From a virus, in IMG/VR virus record IMGVR_UViG_3300046003_007336, positions 134,513-198,512 of that record: a stretch of DNA of 64,000 nucleotides; one strand, 5' to 3'. Below the pieces are notes generated by a model. The model saw nothing but the letters and a program-made list of their open reading frames with translations, did not search any database and was not told where the DNA came from. Below, one piece after another: positions 55,837 to 64,000 of the stretch; within the stretch, counting starts at the first letter, position 1; every line of letters starts with the position of its first letter. A program made the position numbers and the translations under genes.

Positions 55837-55857
55837 TACTCTATTTATAGTGTCGAA

Positions 55858-58800
55858 TTACTCAAACCAAGCATCGGGGAGATTTTCCCCAGTGATGAAC
55901 TTGTCAAGAGGTGCAATGATGAGAGACTGGGCATTGATTACCGGGGTCGAAATCGCATGGTCGGTAGCGATGGTCTGGAACATGACCACCACGTAGGTGT
56001 CGTCCGGCGCGTCACCCGTGAGGGTAATCTCCACGCCGTCATTGTCCACGACCGCGTCGAAATCCACGCCCACCATCAGGCTCTCACGAGCATAAGGGGT
56101 GCCGATTTTAACGACGGTCAGCCCCGCAATGGAGGTTGCTCCTTCCAGACGGAAGACCTTTGACACCTCGTCGCCGGTCGTGACCGACATGAGGTGGCTT
56201 TCGCGACCACGACGGGTCCAGCGGGTTCCGCGATGCAGACCCGACAGCGTGATCGTGGTGCCATCTACGTCCATGCCCGAGTATTCGACACGTTCGTTAC
56301 CGATCATGACGGCACCGCGTGCATCCTGCTCCGGCATCGGGAAGCCGGGCTCGTAGATGCCCTCCTGCTCGATAGTGACCTCGTTGTTGGCGATCACCGA
56401 CGCCGTCAGGGCCTTCTTGGTATCGTTGAAGCGCAGGTATTCCCATGCGTTCTCAATCGAGTAGAGGGTTTTGGCGACGTGAGTCTGTCCGACCGGTAGA
56501 AGTTTCCAGCGGTAGTCGTGGTCAAGCTGTTTCTGGCCAGCGGTTGGCTGGACGGTCGGCAGGAGTTCGACGAAGTTGCGGTCGTTGTCCCACTCGTTTT
56601 GGTCCCATTCGCTGGTCTCCCATCCGGCGATCTTGACCGGAGTCATGAGAGCGTTGAGGGGGCGAATAGCTGTGCACTTGATGCTGTCTTCTTCATCGGT
56701 GTGGATGGTGATCGAAAGCATATCGCGGGGCTGGACGCGCAGTAGTTCCGGGGGACGCTCGTAGGCGTTGGGGTCCAGGATTCCAGAGCCCGTGACGGTG
56801 GTTCCCGAATCATCGCCGTTGATGATCAGGTCCATGGCGAGGCTCTCGTCGATGTCGTTGCCGTCCAGGGTCTCGCCGCCGAAGGCGAAAGAGCCCGAGG
56901 TTCGGTTGAAAACCAGGGTGGCGCGGAAACGACGAACCGAGCAATCGTCATCGAAATTGTAGGACAAGTCGTTGTCCGTCAGACGCTGACGAGTTCCATC
57001 CCATAGAGGCTTCCAGAGCCGATACGGCTTCTGGTAGTTCTCATACCAGGACTTCCACGGCTCCTGCGTGGAGATGATCTCCAGGTCGGCCGCCGAGGTG
57101 AGCTTCAGAGTCCGATAAGCCTGCTTCTCTTCATCGTAGTAGATGGGTTTGTCGAAGTCCGTCACCTTGGTGTTGACGAGTTCTAGCGTCGGGTTCAGCG
57201 TCCGCGCGAAGTCACGGGTCTTAACCCGGTAGGGTTTAACTTCGTCGATGTAGGCCAGCAGGCTTTCGGTCCCGTCGCTGATCTGCACAGGCGTCTGAGA
57301 AATCTCTTCATTGTAGCCCGCGATGTAAAGGAACGAGGTCTTGAAAGCCCACGAAACTTGGTCGAGGTGAGAGTGCGCGAAATGCACCATAGAGAAGAAG
57401 AGTTCATTGACCTCTTCGTCCGTGAAATACTCACGCACCACATCGGCCATGATGCGGAGTTCGTTGGTGCCGTCTCGATTAGATACCGTTGCAAGGCCGT
57501 AGGAGGCGTCGTAGGGCGGCAAAGTGGTTGTCGAGTAGAAGTTCTCGCCGAAAGCCACGGTGCCCTTCTCACGGGCCACCACGACCCATTGACCATCCAC
57601 ATAGGCAGTCCAAACCCACGAACCCGTTCCGTCGTCTTCGATGAAGACAAACTTGGAGCGCGGCGAGGGGTTTTCGGCGAGATTGCGCTCAGCGAAAGTT
57701 GCATAGCGGATTACGGGCGGGCTGTCCTTGCTGTAACCGGTCGCATACCAGTCGATCACACTCCAGAAATCCGAGGTCCGGTAGTCCTGAATGCGGATGA
57801 GGTCGAACGTCCCAGTGTATTTCCACAGTGACCAGAAACCACCAGTGGGCTGCACAAGGATGCGGGTTCCCGAGGCCATGGCGGTAGACCGCATCTCGGC
57901 CTCGCTGGACACGACGAGATCGTAGGTGTCCGCGACTTTGAACAGGGTGTTGGCCTGCGTAATGCGCACGCTGTTGGGAGTGGCCGGGTTGTCGAGAGAT
58001 GGCTGATATTCCCAAACCGTCCAGAACGGCGTGTCTGTCGTCGTGGCGTTGACTAGCACACGGCGTTTTGCCGCCCGGAAGGTCGGGCTCATGAGGAGCT
58101 TATTTCGTTCTTCGATACTCGAAACCGTATAGTCGATTTCCAACGGCGAGGTCGGCACCGGCTGCCATCCGATATTTTCTTCACTGCTCCAGCGGAACGC
58201 CTTGCGAATGGGTTGCTCTTCCAACAGGGCATCGACAAGTGCGGAACGGTCCTGCGTTATGTTGGTGCGCGCCAGAATGATGTTGACCATGTTGACGAAG
58301 GATTCGCGTGCCGCCAGGACCGAAGTTCTGACGTTACCGTTGCCGACGAACAGCGATTGGCGCGGACGAACGCCAACACCGTGGCGCATCGAAACATGCA
58401 GTGCCGGGTCGGGAACAAGACGGTTCATGACATCGACGCCAGCAATGGAATCGATCAGTTTCGACCACAACGGCGCCGGAGGAAGCGAGCGTTCGTCGTT
58501 GGCTCGCAGGAGCGTCCATTCGCTATGCAAGACACCGTCGTTGGCCCGACGCTTGATCTCCAACTGGAATACGGTGGAGACGTCGTTGAGGTAACCGGTG
58601 ATTCCCGATACCAGGATGCGGTTCGGCGAAATCGGAGCAAACCACGGAATGTTTGCCGCAGTGGGGCTTTCGATCATACGAGCAACTGTCGTGGAGTCGA
58701 TCTTGCGGCCCGGATAGTTGACAGTTTCGGCACGATCTTTGACCCAGAAATAGTAAACCGGAACCATGCGCGACACCTTGGCGTCGAACTCAGCTTGCTC

Positions 58801-61800
58801 AACCCAACGGGCGTCCTCACCACCGTAGACCGAACCATCGGTCCACTGGGCTGGCAGCACGAGGCTGCGTGTCCATTCGTAGACGTCAACCGACGAACCG
58901 GGGGCTATCCTTCCCCAGTTTTGGACCCGGTGCGCAATTTCTGCTTCATCGCGTGTGCTACTCTGGTTGAAAACATCGGTCTCGGCTTGAAGGAAACGAG
59001 CACGCGACATGTCCCACCACAGAACACCAGTCTGTTCGGAAGACCACAAGTCTCCGTTGTCGTAACGGGCCGGGTCGTAATCAACCTTGAAGGTCAACTC
59101 GCGCTCGGCTGCTCCAGCAATGGCTCCGACAACGGGGTCATATACGAGCAAATGATCGAGGATGAGCGGCTCGGGCATCATTTGCTGTTTGGTGATTTTG
59201 GTGTCGCGGTCGTAGATGAGCGAACCCACGATCTGAGTGGAATCCATCTTTCGAGCTTGGCGGCGAGCAATAACCAGTGTGTCGCTGACCTTGCGGTAAA
59301 CTACCCACGGAGAACCATTGACGTAAGCATAATCGCCTTCCGACACCCAAGATGACGCAGTCGCCGCGCTAAGATTTTCGAAGCGAAGAGAACGAAGGAT
59401 AAGGATACCAGGACCGACCGAGCCTTCTTCGGCTGGGGTTAGATCAGCGAAGCTTTCGGGGTCGTCTTCTTCGACAGCCCCGTAGAGAGTCCCGGTATCG
59501 ACGGGCATGTCGATCTCAATATAGGATATGCCGGATTCAACGCCTACCGCAGTGATGGTTTGCAGGCCGCCGATGTCGGTGCCTTGGGTTTCGCCATTGA
59601 TCAAAACCGTCGCGCCGATGTCGTCCGAGGTCAGATCGTGAGCCGTCTCGAAGAACACACGTGCCGTGTCGCCATCGACGACCGCCCGCAGAGTTCCACA
59701 GGATACCAGACGGTGAACATCGAACGTCCGAGCAGGAGTATCGTAGAGCCATACCTTATCGTCGGCTACGAACGTTTGACCGCTCACATACGCCGCCTGG
59801 AAGGCATCGATATCGAACAACGCGTGCTGGACCTCGGAACGACGAACCCAACCCGCAGTTGGCAAATCGTCTGGTGCCGATGCAAGGTTGGCGCGGCGAG
59901 GGAACACCTGTGTGGTGGATTGCGGAGCGTGAATGAAACGATTCGCAGACGCGGTGTTGTTGACGCGGACGATGTCCGCCGATGACGTGCCATCTTCGAA
60001 AACGATCTGCTGCGGGTTGCGGCGAATGTTAGACTGGAAGAGATCGAAAGAAACCCGCTCCGACGCGTTGGCGGCTCCGTAGTTACCTGCCTTGAACGCC
60101 CACTCTTCGAGGAAGCGGAGGTTGCGAGACTGGTTGATGAACTGGCTTCTGAGAAGCTTATCAAAAACTCCGGGGGCGCCCTTCTGCTGAACCATACCCT
60201 GATAGAATTCGAACTGCTGAGTGTCCGAGAGCATCAAGTTTTCCATGTAGGGCCGCTGCTCGAAAGCAGTTACGTGACGTGCGTGATCGCGCAAAACCTT
60301 GTTGCCGGATTGCTCAATGTCGAACATGGTTCGGATATCTTCGGCCGACTTGTCGAAGTTGGACTTGATCTGGTTGTCGATCATCATGAAGCCCGGCGCG
60401 TCCATTCGGCCCTGCCAGTTAGATGCAATCTCGCCGATGATCTTCATACGGGGCTGACGGAGATCGAATAGCGGCTTGTAGATGACGTCTCCAAAAATGG
60501 TTTCGTTGGTGAAAATGAGCGCATGCTCGATTTCACCGATGTGGAGACGAACGCCGAACAGATCATTGTTCCGCACAGTCATGGTCATTTCTCCGTCGAG
60601 ACGGGAAACGAAGGTGTCGCGGCGATCAATAGGAAGACCAACTCGATTGACGATACCGTAGACGCCGTTGAATGAATCTTCGAGAGGATAGATGGTGCCG
60701 TGCTCAGTTTTGAACTTCAATTTCTGGGCACCCGGAGACATGGCGATGAAGTTACCCGGAGCCCATTGTGTTTGGGCCCACGATAGGAACTCCTTGACCG
60801 ACATGGACCAGTCCTGGACCTCGGCGTCTTCGTTCTGTTCTTCGAATACCCAACCCCGAGACACCAACCAACGCTCGTAGCCGAGGATGACGTCCGCGAT
60901 TTCCTGGAAAGTCGTGAACTCGGTTCCGTAGGGAACCGCAATGACGTCATCCGAAGCCACGAGATAGTTGAGAACGCTTGCCGCTTCCGGTCGGAGCATG
61001 TCCGGGCGAGCATCCCAGAAGGTTGCTTCGAACTTGGCGGTCGATAGGTGGGGACGCTTGCACTCGTAGATAGAATCCCGATAATCGATCAGAGTTCCGG
61101 TCTGGTAGTAGACGTTCGCCTTCCAATCGACGATCACGACCTCGGGGACATCTGAAATAGAAATCGTGGAGGTGGGACCGGCTTCTTCGCCAAGGATGAC
61201 GTAGAAATTGGGATTCGTGGCATCGTAGCCGATGACACGCCAACCCCGGCCAGTCCACTCGATCAGCATGCCGGAGTAGAACTCCTCGCGAGTGCTGGGT
61301 GAGTTGTAGAGCGCGATGGTGATATCTTCTTCCGGCACGAGGCCGAAGTTGTCGGCCGTGACGCGGAGGTTGTCCGTAGAGGTGAAACCGCCCATGCGAT
61401 GTCCGAGGCGCACGCTAACAGACTGAACTGCGGCAGTGAGGATGGACGAGTCCTGACCCTTGGAGATCAGATGCTCGACAAGCCATTGCTGGATGCCGTC
61501 CACCGTGACGCGGGCACCCGCTGCGTCGGTGTCGCCGTGCATGACCAGATCAACGTTGCGAGGACGCGACGATGTCGGGGCGTAGATGGTCTGGCCGTTG
61601 ATGATTGAGACGTTGACGGTGTCCCAGTTTGACTCCACCCAGCGAGCAGGCTTGATCAGGTATCCGAGCTTGGCTAGCGCGAAACGATATGCGGGGCTCT
61701 CGCGCCACATCGCTTCTACCGGAGAACCATCACCGATCTTCCAGTTCCGCTTGGCCTGCTGGTAGGTCGGAGGCGTGGTGACGATCTGGGCGGCGACCGG

Positions 61801-64000
61801 GTCGATCAGGTTGCCAAGATCATCCACGGGCAGGATGGAGAGAAGGTCAGGGCGGGCATAGATGGGGTCGATGCCAGCACGGGGGCCCGCAGCAATGTTG
61901 CCGAGCTTGAGGTCGTTCCACAGTGACGTGTTTCCGCGAGTGTAAGGCGCGGCGCCGTATTCGGTATCCCACCAGTCTGGTTTGAACGCGAAACCGAGCA
62001 TTTCCCACGGGTCGGTGTGTGGGCGGTCAGTGTCGAAGAAATGCCGGTAGATGCCGCGCCAGTTGCCCGGCAGAAGGTTGCCGTCATAGTCTGTGCTTGC
62101 CCCGTAGTTCCAGGTGAACGGGTCTCCCTGGTCGAAGGTCGAGTTGGCCCGGAAGTCCAGCGAGTTAATCTGAGACCAGCGGATAAACATAGGCGTAAGA
62201 AGAGTGTTGATCTCCTCGCGGCTATAGCCGGTCTGGTAGTTACGGAACGCGCCAGCCCGGTAGGCATCGAGACGCACGCCGGGGAAATTCTCATCACGGA
62301 ATTTCTCCGGGATGGCATCATAGATGAGGTTTTCCAGCGCGAGCAGGGCCGCGTCGCGGGGGTCGTTCACGACCAGTTCAACGATGTCAGCCACAGACAG
62401 GGTTGCGAGCACGTTCACGATTCGACCATTGAAAGTCACGTTCGTGGTTTCGGTGCCGTTTACGAGAACCGTGATGGGCCCAGTCGGCTCGGCGTTGAGA
62501 TTGAAAGTCTTGGCAGAGGTTCCATCGTATTCGAAGGAGAGGCGTTCGCCGAACAGAGGCAGACGCGACCCGTCGTGGCCTTGCAGGAACGAGCCCACGA
62601 TAGCGGGTTCGGTGCACGGAAGGATGCCCATAGCGGCTGGCGTCGGCGGAATGAAGTTCTGACCACCACCGACGCGACTCAGTGCGAACGGAAAATCGGC
62701 GGTCTTGTTCACCTTGAGCATGTCCAACACGGACATGAGCCACGTTGATGCCGACTGTGTCGCATCGATCATGCCATTGTTGATAGACGTCACGACCTGT
62801 TGCGTGAAGCGGCTGCGGAAGCGAGCGTATTCGTGCTCGACGAAGCGTGCGGCATCCATGTAGTCGAAATTCTTGTCGGAAGCGAGCAGCATTAGCTTCA
62901 GGAGCGACGAGCGGTGCTGAAGGATGCGCGTGCCAGCCTTGAGGTCACGCGCGGTGTCGCGCCAGTTGTTTCCACTGTAGGTCTCACCCTCAAAGCCGTC
63001 CTGATTGAACATCACCGAATCGAAATGATCGAACCACTCGTTGCGAGTGATGAACTGGATGTTTTCGTTCTCGGGGTTGGCCTGGAGGTTAGACGGTACG
63101 GAGAAAAAATCACCATTGACGGTTTGCCGACTTTCGAGATCAGCAAGGTGCCAATCGTTGGCGTAAGCGTCAGCATCGACGTCGATGCCCTGGTGACAGT
63201 AGAAAGCAAACCCGGAGATGGTCCCGTTTGCGTATGTGTAGGTTGATCGACTCGACAGGTCGTTCTCGAAAATGAACTGACCCAACGTGTCATACTTGAC
63301 GTTGCGACCCAGAATCGAATCGACGATCTCGCCTTCTGCGTATCCGAAGATGCGGTTGCCAGCAAACGTGCTCTCCGGGTATTCGCCCGCGTCGCCGAGA
63401 CCCACAAAGTTGAGGTCGTAGAGGTTGAACAGCGGGGCAGTCTGGTAGCCGAAAAGCTGAGCCTGCTGCCAGATGACGCCGTTGTAGTGATATTCGAGAC
63501 CGGAGCCCTTGACCGAAACAACGTCGCCGGGTTCGGCATCCACTTCCGGCAGAAGGACCATGATTTCCTGACCATTGTTATCGGTCGCGGAGGTCACGGT
63601 AGCGATGGTGTGGCTGAGGTCTGGACGATTGGGGTATTCGGTTGAGATCAAAATGCGTTGACCGTCCGTAAGGCCGTCGTTTGAAACGATGGTGGGGTTG
63701 AGGTCCCACTGGTCGAGGTCCCACGGCAGGGTATCCCATGCACCGGGCTGAATGACGCCATCGACTGCTGCCTTTCGGTTCCGGCCGTAGTTGTAGAGTT
63801 CCAGGTCTTTGATGAACTCGATGATGGGGCGGCGAGCACTGCGGTCGGGGAATACCTTTCCCGACCAGGAATAGGAATCGCGGTGTACCCACAGGTTGTT
63901 GAATGACCACGGGTTGCCGTTTCGAGCATTGCGCTCGATCAACGTATACATGGGGTCTAGTCCGATGTAGTCATCCGAGTATTCGGTCAGGAGGATGGTT
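55858..64000 (-). CDS. very large baseplate wedge-like protein, 5' end outside the window
   Basis: Frame stays open from ATG 63951 to the window edge; more than 2,700 codons; HSMVHFA, YIDEVKPYRVK, PWE.LGF..KP.WW motifs. Confidence 0.8.
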   Translation of the reverse strand, partial: TILLTEYSDDYIGLDPMYTLIERNARNGNPWSFNNLWVHRDSYSWSGKVFPDRSARRPIIEFIKDLELYNYGRNRKAAVDGVIQPGAWDTLPWDLDQWDLNPTIVSNDGLTDGQRILISTEYPNRPDLSHTIATVTSATDNNGQEIMVLLPEVDAEPGDVVSVKGSGLEYHYNGVIWQQAQLFGYQTAPLFNLYDLNFVGLGDAGEYPESTFAGNRIFGYAEGEIVDSILGRNVKYDTLGQFIFENDLSSRSTYTYANGTISGFAFYCHQGIDVDADAYANDWHLADLESRQTVNGDFFSVPSNLQANPENENIQFITRNEWFDHFDSVMFNQDGFEGETYSGNNWRDTARDLKAGTRILQHRSSLLKLMLLASDKNFDYMDAARFVEHEYARFRSRFTQQVVTSINNGMIDATQSASTWLMSVLDMLKVNKTADFPFALSRVGGGQNFIPPTPAAMGILPCTEPAIVGSFLQGHDGSRLPLFGERLSFEYDGTSAKTFNLNAEPTGPITVLVNGTETTNVTFNGRIVNVLATLSVADIVELVVNDPRDAALLALENLIYDAIPEKFRDENFPGVRLDAYRAGAFRNYQTGYSREEINTLLTPMFIRWSQINSLDFRANSTFDQGDPFTWNYGASTDYDGNLLPGNWRGIYRHFFDTDRPHTDPWEMLGFAFKPDWWDTEYGAAPYTRGNTSLWNDLKLGNIAAGPRAGIDPIYARPDLLSILPVDDLGNLIDPVAAQIVTTPPTYQQAKRNWKIGDGSPVEAMWRESPAYRFALAKLGYLIKPARWVESNWDTVNVSIINGQTIYAPTSSRPRNVDLVMHGDTDAAGARVTVDGIQQWLVEHLISKGQDSSILTAAVQSVSVRLGHRMGGFTSTDNLRVTADNFGLVPEEDITIALYNSPSTREEFYSGMLIEWTGRGWRVIGYDATNPNFYVILGEEAGPTSTISISDVPEVVIVDWKANVYYQTGTLIDYRDSIYECKRPHLSTAKFEATFWDARPDMLRPEAASVLNYLVASDDVIAVPYGTEFTTFQEIADVILGYERWLVSRGWVFEEQNEDAEVQDWSMSVKEFLSWAQTQWAPGNFIAMSPGAQKLKFKTEHGTIYPLEDSFNGVYGIVNRVGLPIDRRDTFVSRLDGEMTMTVRNNDLFGVRLHIGEIEHALIFTNETIFGDVIYKPLFDLRQPRMKIIGEIASNWQGRMDAPGFMMIDNQIKSNFDKSAEDIRTMFDIEQSGNKVLRDHARHVTAFEQRPYMENLMLSDTQQFEFYQGMVQQKGAPGVFDKLLRSQFINQSRNLRFLEEWAFKAGNYGAANASERVSFDLFQSNIRRNPQQIVFEDGTSSADIVRVNNTASANRFIHAPQSTTQVFPRRANLASAPDDLPTAGWVRRSEVQHALFDIDAFQAAYVSGQTFVADDKVWLYDTPARTFDVHRLVSCGTLRAVVDGDTARVFFETAHDLTSDDIGATVLINGETQGTDIGGLQTITAVGVESGISYIEIDMPVDTGTLYGAVEEDDPESFADLTPAEEGSVGPGILILRSLRFENLSAATASSWVSEGDYAYVNGSPWVVYRKVSDTLVIARRQARKMDSTQIVGSLIYDRDTKITKQQMMPEPLILDHLLVYDPVVGAIAGAAERELTFKVDYDPARYDNGDLWSSEQTGVLWWDMSRARFLQAETDVFNQSSTRDEAEIAHRVQNWGRIAPGSSVDVYEWTRSLVLPAQWTDGSVYGGEDARWVEQAEFDAKVSRMVPVYYFWVKDRAETVNYPGRKIDSTTVARMIESPTAANIPWFAPISPNRILVSGITGYLNDVSTVFQLEIKRRANDGVLHSEWTLLRANDERSLPPAPLWSKLIDSIAGVDVMNRLVPDPALHVSMRHGVGVRPRQSLFVGNGNVRTSVLAARESFVNMVNIILARTNITQDRSALVDALLEEQPIRKAFRWSSEENIGWQPVPTSPLEIDYTVSSIEERNKLLMSPTFRAAKRRVLVNATTTDTPFWTVWEYQPSLDNPATPNSVRITQANTLFKVADTYDLVVSSEAEMRSTAMASGTRILVQPTGGFWSLWKYTGTFDLIRIQDYRTSDFWSVIDWYATGYSKDSPPVIRYATFAERNLAENPSPRSKFVFIEDDGTGSWVWTAYVDGQWVVVAREKGTVAFGENFYSTTTLPPYDASYGLATVSNRDGTNELRIMADVVREYFTDEEVNELFFSMVHFAHSHLDQVSWAFKTSFLYIAGYNEEISQTPVQISDGTESLLAYIDEVKPYRVKTRDFARTLNPTLELVNTKVTDFDKPIYYDEEKQAYRTLKLTSAADLEIISTQEPWKSWYENYQKPYRLWKPLWDGTRQRLTDNDLSYNFDDDCSVRRFRATLVFNRTSGSFAFGGETLDGNDIDESLAMDLIINGDDSGTTVTGSGILDPNAYERPPELLRVQPRDMLSITIHTDEEDSIKCTAIRPLNALMTPVKIAGWETSEWDQNEWDNDRNFVELLPTVQPTAGQKQLDHDYRWKLLPVGQTHVAKTLYSIENAWEYLRFNDTKKALTASVIANNEVTIEQEGIYEPGFPMPEQDARGAVMIGNERVEYSGMDVDGTTITLSGLHRGTRWTRRGRESHLMSVTTGDEVSKVFRLEGATSIAGLTVVKIGTPYARESLMVGVDFDAVVDNDGVEITLTGDAPDDTYVVVMFQTIATDHAISTPVINAQSLIIAPLDKFITGENLPDAWFE

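Larger units (their letters stand above)
260..55849. promoter_or_regulatory. dispersed T4-like late promoter motif TAAATA (16 intergenic copies noted)
   Basis: Minus: 260, 5791, 7557, 7878, 9733, 12618, 16358, 18535, 22076, 55054, 55842. Plus: 317, 12657, 30877, 35572, 40687, 45593 (17 including the copy at 260, whose target is less clear). Nearly all lie upstream of and oriented toward structural or late genes; gp55-like sigma is present. Confidence 0.8.

Noticed and set aside
1-64000. CRISPR arrays, tRNA/rRNA genes, complete IS elements, integrase
   Set aside because: No regularly spaced repeats, cloverleafs or transposase/integrase motifs seen by eye; tRNAscan-SE and CRISPR finders were not run

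Overview
A 64 kb segment of a high-GC, T4-like (myovirus-type) jumbo bacteriophage genome. Host is unknown. The TTGACA-N16/17-TAGA-type promoters and frequent leaderless starts fit an alphaproteobacterial host, but that is inference. Layout: phoH; head module (gp23-like capsid, scaffold, gp21 protease, gp20 portal); tape measure and a divergent assembly chaperone; about 27 kb of accessory genes (RNase H, GIY-YIG, truncated class II aaRS, CoaB fusion, gp46/gp47 split by an island, ART-like, PRTase, two DNA methyltransferases, two putative endonucleases); gp55-like late sigma; baseplate/tail genes with an embedded radical SAM plus glycosyltransferase cluster; and a baseplate gene of more than 2,700 codons running off the right end. 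I saw no tRNA, rRNA or CRISPR array. The most notable unexplained signals are: (1) a roughly 345-nt, tetraloop-rich structured RNA candidate behind a promoter with adjacent DnaA boxes; (2) a TnpB-like protein that stops where RuvC should begin; (3) a -1 frameshift cassette in the chaperone gene; (4) seven TAAATA late promoters 4-5 nt before an ATG, implying leaderless late mRNAs; (5) a dispersed family of small proteins sharing a C-terminal 'AxxFKLxF/W' motif. All protein calls come from motif recognition by eye, with no database searches run.
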